The position numbers and the translations under genes are program-made. Source: Chrysomallon squamiferum (lineage: Eukaryota; Animalia; Mollusca). From it: a DNA stretch of 64,000 bases. Below, piece after piece: positions 42,954-55,901 of this stretch (positions are counted from its first letter, which is position 1; each line of letters starts with the position of its first letter). Below the pieces are notes generated by a model, which was given only the letters and a program-made list of their open reading frames with translations, had not been told where the DNA came from and did not search any database. Where the stretch lies: assembly GCA_012295275.1 (NCBI GenBank), contig CM022667.1, positions 12,958,001-13,022,000 of the forward strand, given 5' to 3'.

Positions 42954-43265
42954 GGTTTTGCGTGCATTTGCATCAAAGACGCGATAATAAAATATGACGT
43001 AATCATCTAGAAACGCAGTTCCCTCAGGGGAGGTAAGTCTGACAGGCAGTTGACACGGTGTTCCATTTTTATAATTCCCACTGTATAATTTATATACTGT
43101 TTTGAAATTATTTGAATGACTTACTAATTTGTTCACTTTATTTTAAAATTTTACACGTAATTTCAATAAATTTGCTGAAAATTAGGGCAAATACATCCAT
43201 CTTGATGTTGAAGGAAGAAGCGTTTTTAACCTACTAAATAAATAATGTTTTATTACTATTATTAC

Positions 43266-43320
<55 letters not shown>

Positions 43321-44629
43321 AATGTACGGGGATGAAATTAAGTTTTAAATGAAGTCGCCAAAATAATGGTATGACGTAATCATATCAAATGTTATTTCCT
43401 ATACTGCGGAAGGCAGATACTCATACAAGCAATTTGCACACAGCCTCCATTATTAATCAGTCCGTGTCATTTTTATACTGGTTATAATAAATAAGAAAAT
43501 AATGAAAAAAAAAAAAAAAAATAATAATACAAATCACTACAACTCTTTAACAAATGAACAGTTCACAATCTTTTCTATTTTTTCCACTGCTTTTGTTGCA
43601 CCGTGTAATAATAAAATTCATCATATTCATCGTTTGATTTTAAAATCAAAGGATTTGGACATAAAACATAGCAGGAAAAAAGACACAATTGAAAATATAA
43701 GCTAAGAGTTTCCACCTTTCATTAGTCATAAAGAACAATATATTTTTTTTATTGTTTTATTTATAACGAAAATGAAACATTTATTGGAAAAAAACTGTTA
43801 TTTATAACATGAAAATCGATTACGTTTGTTATATTAGAAACTTGTTTTGTGTGTAAATGTGGAAAAACGAGAAAAAGAGAAGAAACACACAAATTCATAT
43901 ACAAATAATATTCCTAGTCTCAGAAATAGCAATACTGTTCAATGAGACGAATTGTACGTAGCACAAAGAAACAAAAACATAAAAATACAAAATGAGAACC
44001 ACAACGTCAAAAGTAACCAAATACGTGAAAGAGCTTGCCGTCTAATCTTGAAACAAAGTATCTATTTTGTTAAATTTATTTTTATTTTATTTATTTATTA
44101 AATTTCTATATTTTTTTTTATTAAAAAAAAAAAAAAAAAAAAATTTGTGTCATTACACTTATTTATTTATTTAGTCGAAACTATACTGAGTAATAAATAT
44201 AAATCGCTGTATCTTGACTATTTGGTCGGAACGCTCATTCCGTTCCACAATCTACCGAAAATTCGCGTATTAATACAGTTTTAAATCATAAATGGTTGAG
44301 CTGTGAAACTGCTAGAACAGAAAGAAATCTGAAAGGAAAACTGTAAAAGTGATTGTACCCTCTTACGGAATGCTTCAGAAAGCCCTAGTAAAACAGAGAA
44401 CTGAACCCAAATTGTTCTATTTGATTCAAATCGACGTCATCTCGAGTATCAGTTTTGACAAAATGGCAGAATCATGATTTCTGTGTATCAGTATTGAATG
44501 GAACAATATGAGTAAGTATTTAGGGAAAATAGTGAAATTAGAATGATTAATGTATTAGATGATGGTCTAGAGTGTAAAAGGAGATAGATAATCATTACTT
44601 TATTGCAAACAGAGAGAAAAAACCCCAAA

Positions 44630-44700
44630 TAAATTTCCCGCGTTACTAACTTCTGTTCGCGGAAGAAAAAATGGCGGTCTGCGTCATTTGAGCGCACCTG
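44630..44700 (+). promoter_or_regulatory. Orphan promoter-like motif cluster (E2F, ETS, YY1)
   Basis: TTTCCCGCG 44634-44642, GCGGAAG 44659-44665 and AAAATGGCGG 44668-44677 in a CpG-retaining island. Confidence 0.45.
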
Positions 44701-45884
44701 TACTAAAGGCGAAGAAGACTTTTGAAATTTTGCGTAGAACGTTGATGTAATATTTAAGCAATAATAACAATTTTAAAAAGGGATTAACAGGGATTGCATC
44801 ACTGAAATAACACTACGGCAATATTGTTTATTCGGATACATTTTTAGAGAAATAAAATTTTAGGGTAATAGAAGGAAATACTGAAACGTTTGCACGCAGA
44901 TGTAAAAGGAATACTTGCATGGAATTTATATTAGTTTTGCTTCGCCTGTTTTTATTTTTATTATTTTATACCTAACATTGTTTTATATTTTAAATGTTTT
45001 CACATTTTTGTTTTAGAATTTATTAAAACCGCTACCTCAAACTGCCTTATTGAAGCACTAAGGAAGAGACACTCATTGAATCTTTGGAATCATGCAACCT
45101 ACCCAGTGATAGAAATTTGTTAGAGACTACAGCGATGAGTGAAATCATCCATATAGTTACATTACTTTCAGCAAGATGTTGCATGGTTAATTGTGGTTTA
45201 TTTATTTATAAACTTAAACAATATTTTCTAGATGTTGGTGTTAAAATATCTTATATCACTGATTTAATATGACACCTCAGGCTTTTTCAACTGACAGATC
45301 AATCATTTCTTTGTGTCCTTTGATATATTTTTCATTTCTGCCTTTGCTCAGTGGCTGATAAAAACAAGATGTAGGCTTTCTGTGAGAAGGTGCACTTAAG
45401 GGATTTCTTGCAGTCAGTTTTTCTGTTACAATGTCACTGTTAAAAAAATAAAAAATTATCTGCATTTATGAACACACAGGATGTCAGTCAGAATCTGGAT
45501 AAAATATATTTAAATTTTAAAGTATGTTATTTTTTCTTTGGTTTTAGTTATTTACAAGAACAACCAAAAAAAATATATTTTGGTAAATTGCAATAGATAT
45601 TGTCTGGCTTTAATTATTTTTCTCTGGTTTAATCACTGAATGATAATTTAAAAAAAAAAACGTCTGTGTATTAAATAATAATACCATTGAATTGTAAAAA
45701 AAAATAAAAAAAATAAAGAAAACGGGACATTTTTAAAATTAGTACAGAATTTAGATCTTTCATGAAGAAGTTTTACTTACTGAAAAAAGTTTTTCTGTTT
45801 TGAGAACAAAAAAAAAAAGGAAAAAAAAAAGAAAAAATAACTAAGAAAATTAAATAATTGTATTTTAAATTTGATATTTATGTT

Positions 45885-47053
45885 GAACATTTTGCCAAAA
45901 ACTCTTTTTACATAGTTTATATCTAAAACATATTTTTCAGTGATGGATGCATTACTACTTTTTAGCTACCTCGTTGATAAGCATGTGCAGATTTGAGTGT
46001 TGTAATTGTTACCATTATGACAAATCTTGTAGATCCATTTGTCTGCAATATAACAAACTGTCTTCCATGACTATTTTCCTCTGTACAAAAATTCAAAGAC
46101 ATTTTTCATTCACAATTATTTTGTTTTGTTTTATTAGTAATTTTTTTTGTTTTCATTATCAAATTAATATCACTGCATGGAAGATTGTGTACTTTCCCTC
46201 TCTTCTGACATTACTTGTGTTTTTCTGAATATTGTCATTATGTTACCATTTTACATATCTTGGAGATGCATTTATCTCTTTTGGACATTTTGGCAGAAAC
46301 TCTTTTTACATAGTTTATATCTAAAACATATTATTCAGTGATGGATACATTACTACTTTTTAGCTTTCTTTTCGATAAATATGACTATCTGAGTATTGTA
46401 ATTGTTACCATTATGACAAATCTTGTAGATCCATTTGTCTGCAATATGACAAGCTGTCTTCCATGACTATTTTCCTCTGTACAAAAATTCAAGACATTTT
46501 TCATTCACAATTATTTTGTTTTGTTTTATTTGTAATTTTGTTTGTTTTCATTATCAAATTAATATCACTGCATGGAAGATTGTGTGCTTTCACTCTTCTG
46601 ACATTACTTGTGTTTTTCTGAATATTGTCATTATGTTACCATTTTACATATCTTGGAGATGCATTTATCTCTTTTGAACATTTTGGCAGAAACTCTTTTT
46701 ACATAGTTTATATCTAAAACATATTATTCAGTGATGGATACATTACTACTTTTTAGCTTTCTTTTCGATAAATATGACTATCTGAGTATTGTAATTGTTA
46801 CCATTATGACAAATCTTGTAGATCCATTTGTCTGCAATATGACAAGCTGTCTTCCATGACTATTTTCCTCTGTACAAAAATTCAAGACATTTTTCATTCA
46901 CAATTATTTTGTTTTGTTTTATTTGTAATTTTGTTTGTTTTCGTTTTCAAATTAATATCACTGCATGGAAGATTGTGTGCTTTCACTCTTCTGACATTAC
47001 TTCTGTCATTATGTTACCATTGTACATATCTTGGAGATGCATTTATCTCTTTT
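45885..47053. repeat. Tandem repeat, 3 copies of a ~395-bp unit
   Basis: Units start at ~45885, 46283 and 46676; copies 2 and 3 nearly identical; accounts for the similar ORFs at 45947 and 46856. Confidence 0.95.
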
Positions 47054-47365
47054 CCAAAATCGAAACACATTTTTCATTCACATTTATATATTTTCTGTCA
47101 AATGTATGAACATAGTTGCATTATGTAACGTTCTTCACACTTGTCTTCTGAGGTTAAACTGAGTTCTACATCGAGGTGAACATCTTCACCAGTTCCTTTT
47201 TCACATTTACTGGTTTTATTTGTAATTATAGTGTGTTTCACATGTTGTATAAGAATAAACTGACTTCTCTGTCATAGTGAATTTCAGATTTGGTAGAAAA
47301 TGTCTGTATTTTTATTATATTTTATTTCTTTTTATATTTATTTATTTCTTTTTGTTTTATTGCTA

Positions 47366-47432
<67 letters not shown>

Positions 47433-48859
47433 GTTTTAAGTTGTTGTTTTTTTTGATGTTCTGGCATGTTTGATACATGAACAGGATACATAAAACGCTA
47501 ATAAACAAAAAAAAAAAAAAAAAAAATGTTTTCATTTTGAAAAAGAACTGACCAGCTATTGTCAGTGTCTACTTTACAGAATTCACCTGCGACAGTCGCA
47601 AATAACAAAATAACTGATATTTAATGTTTGATGTAAATATACAAGTGTGTTCTTCAGTCAACTAAAGTAATAGATTTAATAAACTGGACATTACTGACGT
47701 TAAAAATTATTGAAGTTGTTCATGCAGAAGTCTTAGTTTACAGTGCTTTTGTAGATTTTGTGAATGTCAAAGCTCTTACAAAACAAATTGCAGAATTATA
47801 TTCATTTAATGTTACCTTTATAGATAATGAAAGCATTCCTTCAAAGTATGGCTGATGTTTCTGTAACAGAAATAAGTTCTGGTTGAAACCCCTACATAAA
47901 TTTAGATCTTTTTAAGAATATTCATCATCATTTTGTATTGAATCTAAAATGATTTCTTACATGTTATAAAAAATATAAGTGAAAAACAATCACTTAAAAG
48001 AAAAATGTATTCACTCTCACTGGGTTAATATTTGTTTAGCCATACATTGATAAAGATTACAAGTACACATTTTAATGTTTTAGCTTTTTTCTTTGTCTTT
48101 TAAAACAAGCAAATGGAAAAGCCTGAATATAATTATTGCTATATCATTTTCTTTGTTTATAAATATCATGAAAATCGGTCTCATATTTCACATATAGATA
48201 CATTACTAATGTTTCGTTTTCTTACCACATTCTCTATTTGCAAACTGTCATTGTGTTAGCATTATGACATACGACATAATCTTCCATTGTTGCTTTATTT
48301 TCTTCAATTAACTGAAAAAAACTTGTAATTGTTTCTATTATTCTTATTTTTTCCATTAATATATTAAGATATTACTGATTTAGCAGCATGCATCATGACA
48401 TCTTTGTCTTGGTGAACAGTTTTCATCCAAGTTGATATTTATTTTATTATATTTTTAATTACATTATTCATGGGTTGATTTCATGGCAAACTGTCTGCTT
48501 CACATTTATCACCAAGTATGTAAAGTGAATTCCATGTTTGTGATGGATTTCTTTATCCAGGCTCAGATTTGATTGTTCTCTGTTGTTTGCTGTCCAGTTA
48601 CATGGCACGTAGTGTGTTTCATTCTTGTCTTCGGGGTTTAAAGTGAATTGCATATATTTTTTCAGAAAAGAAAACAAAAGAGTAAAGTTATTCTGATGTT
48701 TTGAAAATTAGGCTTATAGAAATACTTTATAGACTAACAAAATCTCTGTTATTAATCAATATTTCAGTTGTAAAATATTTTTGTATATTATTAATAAATA
48801 AAAAGACATCTCACACATACTTGTTCAAAACTCTTAAAAAGAAAGTGAAAATAGTTCTC

Positions 48860-49700
48860 TGAGTGCACCAGTCAAACGGCGAGCACTATGGTTCACTACA
48901 ATACATATAATTACACCTTACAGTTGCAGTTTGCTTTGTTTTGTTTTGTTTTCTTTCGTTTTTAAATAGAAGCAAATATAGAGTAATGTAATCTCTAGAA
49001 ATTTTGAATTTGCCACACAGATTTCTGATGAAAGTATCTATGAGATGAATTAATTTTCAAAGTATGAATTGAAATAATACCTCTTACAGGCAATATCTTC
49101 TTCTGTCAGTGAAGTCTCACAAAGAATCTGTAAATGAATCTGTAGCACTTCATAATTGTATGCAGTAGTCTATATATATATATATATATATATTCACATC
49201 TTTTTTTGTTAAGAGGATATTTTACATTGATTACTGATTATTGGAAGGATGTTGAATAGAAGCAAATATAAATTAAAGTAATTTTGTTGAAATTTTAATA
49301 TTGTAACACAGATTTCTTATAAATATGTTGTTGAGATAACTTAATTTTCAAGTACAAACCGAAATAATATTCACATTTTAAAGGTATTTCACATATGTGA
49401 TATTACATATTACATACTATGCATTATTTTAATAGTAATAACAATTTGGTTATCCTCTAAGAAAAGAAAACTTAGAAAAATAACAACATTCGTTGTTCAG
49501 GTGTAATGACTTTTTTGAGCACACCATTCAAATAGTGAGCACTTCACAAGTAGTATATACATACATTTGTTCTCTTGTTCAGTGATATTTTTTGTTAAAT
49601 ACTGTGTTTTGGAAGAACTATAAATTGAAGAAGATATAGATCAATGACATTTGTATAATTTTTTTGTTTGCAACACTGATTTCTTAGTAATTAAGCTAGA
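48860..49700. repeat. Old degenerate tandem duplications
   Basis: aatagaagcaaatata...acacagatttct...ttaattttcaa at ~48965, ~49256 and (degenerate) ~49622; tgag..cacca.tcaaa..g.gagcact at ~48860 and ~49516. Confidence 0.7.
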
Positions 49701-50226
49701 ACTTAGATAAGAATGGAGTAGATTTTAAAGTTAGAACATATCTTCAGCATGTGGATGTTTAATTTGAAAATTATGAAGTTGTTCTCATTTTATTCTCACA
49801 TCATGTCTGTATTGTTAGTGTGTTATTATAGCAAAGCTTGTATATCCTCTTCCAAGATTGAAATAAACATTCCACTTTATTTTCTTTTTCTATTAATAAT
49901 TTTTAACAATGTTCTTTGAGTACATACCTTTGTTCCAGGTGTAAATTGTTTCTTCTGGTCTGTAAATAAACAGTAGACAGATAAATATCTAACCAAGTGA
50001 AAGTAAAATACTGTTTAGGTAGAATATTTATATAAAAACACATTATGAAGATTATACAATAATCACTGAACTTTGTACTGATCTCATTCATGTTAACTGA
50101 CCGATATTTGTGTTTATCTTTCTTTTGTGATAAAAAATTTATAAATTATCCTTATATAGTTATCTTTTTATTATTGATTTCAGTATTCAATTTACGTTAA
50201 CGTAAAAAAAAAAATATATATATATA

Positions 50227-50929
50227 CAGTATACCCTCACCTGTTCGCGGTTCCCCATTCGCGGCCCCGCATATTCGCGGGTTGGGCTCTTAACCCTATC
50301 GCATCGTATGCTGGTATACCAGGCGAGCGTCATAACGTCATAAAAACAAATGCTCGGTAAACCGCACAAACAATATCAAATTTTTTCAATTATTATTGCA
50401 ATACAGTACGTATTTTTTTTTATAAATGCATACACTGTATGTACAGTGCATATTTTTTGTGACCGTGTATTAATAATGATTTTAATTGCATATTATTACT
50501 GAATTGTATTATTATTACCTGAACTGTGCGTACTGTATTTATCTGTCTGTTTGCCTTTAAATTTGTTCCACTTTCTGTCAATTCTAATACATATATTATA
50601 CGCATAGAAAATGACTTTACGGTACAGTAATACTGTATGGGTAACTATGCTATGCGGTGTTACTGTCCTCCTGCACTTACGTTTCTTTCTGATTAAAATA
50701 TTGTTTCAGTACAAAATTAAAATGCGTTTACATTATTATTACTACATTAGTGAAATACATAACTGCATGCAATATTACTACATTATTACTGTATTAATGA
50801 GTAAGAGTGTCTTTAGAAAGTGTTTGGGAAGCATTTAGTACCGTATATAATCTCATAAAGACGTTTTAAAACTGCATCCAATAACGGGGGGTAAAGAACG
50901 TAACCCCCGCGAATAGCGAGGGAATACTG
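50227..50929. mobile_element. Non-autonomous Tc1/mariner (Tigger/pogo-like) DNA transposon, 703 bp
   Basis: Left TIR CAGTATACCCTCACCTGTTCGCGG; reverse complement of right end CAGTATTCCCTCGCTATTCGCGG; TA on both flanks; no transposase. Confidence 0.85.
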
Positions 50930-51420
50930 TATATATGTGCATTGTAAGATCATTATAAGGATCGTAAACACCCCAGAATTAAATTATAGTAATTAAAGTA
51001 AAGGTATCTGCTGAATCAAATGTCAGTGTATAGTAAGTATTAAAAAAAATAATTTAACAATAATTTTATACAAAAACAATGAGGAAAACAGACAATGTGG
51101 ATCAGATTCAAATTAATTATTATTTTCGTTATGAATGCAGAAAGTAACAATAAAGTATTAACTCAATTTTGAATGTATTCGTTATGTTCGGTTTAATTGT
51201 CGAATATAAAGAAAACAGTTATAACCGGAATTGCGAAATAAAACGTTAACACAGCAAGATATGATTGTTTTGTAATAAAACCAAATTAGTCAAATCCAGT
51301 GGAGATTTTTTTTTTTTTTTTTTTAAAATAATAATTATTATGACTGTTATCAAGTTGTCGTCTGTAAATGTCATTTCCTCTATTGCGTTAGGGCAGATAG
51401 CTCGGACAAACACATTAAAC

Positions 51421-51965
51421 CAGTGGTTCTCGAAGGGTGTGCCTGGAGATATGCTTAGGTGTGCCCAACGAAATTCTAGGATCTAGGTAGATATTTGTGA
51501 TGATAAAAAAATTGCGATTATGTTAAGTGCGGAGAGATATACAGTAAGAAATAGCCGTTTGTCCGGAAGAAGATTTTATACACGTTGTAAACTCGTTCTA
51601 AACGTGTTTTGGCTGACGAGCTAGCGCGGCTGCTGAAGTCTGTGCAGTAGTTTCACCAGTGACAGTATGAATGATAGGGTGTGCAGGCTGCGCAGTAGTT
51701 TACCAGTGACAGTATGAGTGATAGGGTGTGCAAGTGTGACAAATAGCCAAAGTTTTCTTGTGACACATATTCCTATCACTGTCACAGTCACTACCCATCT
51801 AAAACTTTAATACGTTATGGAATTTTAGCTTTTACATTTGTTAAAAGCAAATGATTGATAAAAGTTTTCCCTCACTGCACATTGCACAGCCATTGTACAT
51901 TTTTTTTGACATTTTAACAGTCCATTGCTTTGTATTTCATCTTACAAAACGTTTGAGAGCCACTG
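51421..51965. mobile_element. Non-autonomous hAT (Charlie-like) MITE, 545 bp
   Basis: TIRs CAGTGGTTCTCGAA and TTTGAGAGCCACTG; perfect 8-bp target-site duplication CATTAAAC at 51413-51420 and 51966-51973; internal ~46-bp tandem duplication. Confidence 0.92.
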
Positions 51966-52109
51966 CATTAAACAAAGCACGTACGTTTTGTACAAATTGT
52001 ACATTGGTATAAATTCCTTGAACGAATTAACAAATTTCGTTTGTTTGCTATTTTCTTTTAAAAATGTAATATGTGTAGTCTTGTAAAGAGTAAATAATAA
52101 TCATTATAA

Positions 52110-52140
<31 letters not shown>

Positions 52141-52151
52141 ATATACATATA

Positions 52152-52236
52152 TAGAAGTACCGGACGAATTATCCGGACTCCTTGGGCCCTGAGGCATTCC
52201 GGATTTCAGGACGCCGGATAATTGGTCCGGTACCTA
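52152..52236. mobile_element. Tiny (~85 bp) palindromic MITE
   Basis: Arms GTACCGGACGAATTATCCGG (52157-52176) and CCGGATAATTGGTCCGGTAC (52214-52233) with one mismatch; TA-rich flanks. Confidence 0.75.
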
Positions 52237-52665
52237 TATATATATTGTAGATCTATATATATTAAATGTAATAATTAAAAACAAAACTCAGCAAGAATAT
52301 ATTACGATATATTAATTTTATACATTAACTTCACGATACAAAAAGATACGTCAAACTATTATTTTTATTTCTATAAAAACAAAATACAAAACAAAAAATA
52401 ATAACGAAACAACAGCCACAGCACTAACAGAAACACAATAAAGAAATAAAAAATAACACGAGGAATAATACTTTAAAATCTTTAGATATAAATCCTCGAA
52501 ACGAGATTTAATTTACATATGTAATAAAAATCTGACTCTTACACTGAATTCTGATGTAGACAAAAGAACCATTTTTATTCACACAAACAAAATTTACAAA
52601 AAAATGAACTGAGAGTTAGATGATAATTGTGATGCTTCCAAAATTGGTATGAACACTACTGTTCG

Positions 52666-52706
<41 letters not shown>

Positions 52707-52840
52707 AATAAATTAAATAAAATTAAATTAAGTTAAAAAAAAAAAAAAAAAAAAAAGCCCGTTAATCACGTTAAACTATAAAGCAAATGACGTTTTGATC
52801 ATTCATATTTTGAGATTTTTGAAAAAAAAATCTGGTTTAT

Positions 52841-55650
52841 CTACATTCTGGTCGATGAAGTTTGTGATTCCTGATTGGAAATTACAGGATGGTTTGCAGT
52901 CTGTAATTTATTTCTAAGTAGTCTTAAAACTCTGCTATTGACAACGAAACAGAGGAAAATGTACAATCCTTGACTTCCGTTGAGAATTATAAACACGTAC
53001 CAGAACCACTCAGATTTGAAAAACGCAGCCGCAAACCCAAAAGTCCAAGTGAGTCCAGTAATGATCAACAGTTTGCAGTAAATAAAACATTTAATTCTGT
53101 CTTTTCTTGTCGACGTGGCCGTCTTCGACATCTTCGTACTTCTTTCAATAGCGCATATCGTGATTACGAAACAAACAATGTTTACTGCAAGAAGAGTAGC
53201 CAGTGGTACGGCGAACGTTACCATCAGAGCTTTCTTGTTAGCAATCCAGCAGACGTCGTTGTCCCCGTATCCAATAACAACGTGAGGCAGATCAGCCACG
53301 TCGACTGCAACAGACGAAGCAACGATCAATGTTGGAAAACTGACGGATGTCGTTACATAGTAGAAAAATGGTTTCTGACTGTGACCAGCTGTAAATTTGG
53401 AAGTGAACGTTTTGACAAGATTTGTGGCCATCATGGTCATCCAGATGAAGGTAGACAACCATGACCAGTGAAGGGCAACTGCCAGAACTTTGCAGAAGAG
53501 ACCAGTTGCTGCGTTACTCAACAATAATAAGATCTGCGACGTCATCAGTGAAAATGACACGGACATGATGATTTTTCCTGGAATGTTTTGAAGATCTGGC
53601 AGAAGTAAGTAGATTAAGAGTGTGAGTGCTAATGAAAACACGGAAACAAGAGAACAAATCAAAGTTAATATTCCCTGTATTGGGTTGAAGTCAAAGAAGC
53701 GGACAGTTTCGTTCTTTCTGTATGATCTGGTAAAATTAGAACATACATAGACTTGATTCTCGTCAAATACAAATTGGCCAAAAGAAAAGAACAAATCAGT
53801 TCCAAGGATGTGGAGAGTCTCGTTTAAACGTTCAGTCAGGTTTTCAGGATACGAAATCATAGGACAGTCTAGCAGACGAGAAGAATTCATTTCACAGATA
53901 GTATATTCCACAAGATTACTTCCATTGCTGTCTATGCTGACGACGAAAGGAATATTTTCTAGAGGGTAATAATGCATACCATGTTTCACAAACCAAGTTT
54001 CGTTACTTTCCAAGAGATTTCCATTTTCATTCTCTGTCAAGTGAGAATCATTCTTGCACTGAAGTTTTCCGTTGCTAGGAAACGTAATTAATCTGGCTTC
54101 GGCTATGTTATTTCGGAAGTTGGTTTCGTTCAGTATGTGTAACACAACGTTCAGTACGTTCGAGGCTGGATGACTGTATTTACTGATGGTTCTCTGGTTT
54201 TCTTCACTTTGTAAACAAATTTCAGCTACAGTTAAAGTTATTAATTTAGGTTCAGTACTGATATCTGTAATATTAGTGTATGACTTTGTTGTGATTTCAC
54301 TTGGTGTCGTATTTGTCGCCTTTTGCAGCGTGTAAGTTAATGTTTCTGAAAACGTCTCCGCGTTCATAGCACACGAGCTATTAAAATAAGTTATATTTAA
54401 ATAAATCGTGTGGAAGCCGTCAGGAAATATCTGATGTTTTATATCACCAACGAGAGAGCCATTTATCACACAAGAACCGTTCACTGGAAATTTTCCTTCA
54501 GGACAGACCAGTAGTTTACATGTATCTAGATAATAATCGTAAACTTCACTGATGCGACATACCACGTGGTCTGCGTCCGTGCAAGAAGTGCCAGAACGAC
54601 AGAGCTGTACGCCGGTTTCGCTAAAACTGAAGAGAATGCCGAGGCTTACGTAGAAGACAGGGATAAACTCCTTGTTGCCTTCGCAAGGGAAACACTCGTA
54701 TTCCTGCAGCGGAACCGAGTTGTTGTACGTGTCTAGCTGGTCGCAGTGGACGTTTCTGCTGACGTGGTCACAGTCGGTAGCAATGACGTAGCGGTAGGCA
54801 TTGCACAGCTCTAGCACTTCAAGCATAGTCTGATTATCCAGAATCTCTCCTTGGCGTAAATTGAAATCCGCGTTCAGCCTAATCGTAACATCTCTTAGTT
54901 TATTTCTTTCTTCCAGACTGTGGACAAATTCGTCATCATTCCTTTTGTTGAATACCACATCTCGAATGTCGGATTTGTCACAGTATCGGATTTCAGTCGT
55001 AGGCGGGATTTTCAACATTATTATACACTCATCTCTAAGGAGAAGATCTGGCAAAGTTTCAAACGTAATCTCAGTTCCTCTACGCTTACATTTCACAGAA
55101 TTGTCCCAGATGCGCAGATCACTGATAAGTACGTTGTGACAGAAGGCGCAGTAGATGTTTCTGTACACAAGGAAGTTATAAAACTTGTGAGTGGCAGGAA
55201 CCGACCCAGTTACGTCTGCAGAAGAATTGTGACATTTTGTCGAGATGGATGTCGTGTTGTATGACTGAGGGCACTGAGAAACCAACCACACGTTTTTAGC
55301 GAACGGATATAATTCGACTTTGACGCACGCTCTGTATTCGAAAAGATTCATGTAAAACGCGAGTCCAGAACTGGTCATTCCTTCCATTTTTTTGAGCACC
55401 CACTCGTAATTTCCTGGTTGCGTGGGAGTGGAGCTGTTTTCAAGATCTAAACAGAGCGCATAGAAATCTGGACAGCAGTCGCCATATATTAAACATTTGT
55501 CGTCACAGAAGCAGACAAGCTGCTCGTCGTCGTTGAAAGGCCAGTCGAGTAGTCGCTGGCCGCATCTGGTTTCACACGATCTGTGAGGACAGCTTGGTCC
55601 TGGAAGACCAAAGAATTCAAAACTTAATCTCTCCTCACAGTGAACAGAGG
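52841..55650 (-). CDS. Family-B (adhesion/Methuselah-like) GPCR A, large exon 2: somatomedin-B-like Cys-rich ectodomain, glycosylated stalk, 7TM
   Basis: 2810-nt open exon after a poly-T/CCAG acceptor; CFCDDKCLIYGDCCPDF (SMB-like), YRNIYCAFCH, seven hydrophobic segments with LQNIPGK, HWSWLSTFIWM, GYG...CWI, ITGLTWTFGF, NGSQGLYIFLCFV. Confidence 0.92.
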
Positions 55651-55806
55651 CTGGAAAAAAAAAAAAAAAAAATAATAAAAATAATAATAAATGTTGATAA
55701 TGATTATGATACAAACAGACAGGCTACAGGCTTGACAGTAACAGTTCGATAAAAGAAAATATCTACATAGATGACAATGGTAATATGACATATACTAAAT
55801 ATATAA

Positions 55807-55810
<4 letters not shown>

Positions 55811-55901
<91 letters not shown>

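Noticed and set aside
52970-53464. Antisense ORFs conserved in both GPCR copies (52970-53464 and 62012-62389)
   Set aside because: Their similarity follows from the near-identical nucleotide tract; they are shadow frames of the 7TM coding sequence.
54030-54062. CKNDSHLT as a GPS autoproteolysis site (HL|T)
   Set aside because: It lacks the C-x-C-x-H-L-T-x-F context and lies over 120 aa before TM1 rather than adjacent to it.
55651-55714. N-terminus MYHNHYQHLLLFLLFFFFFF of the 957-aa ORF
   Set aside because: It is the intron polypyrimidine tract; a better signal-peptide exon lies at 56204-56243.
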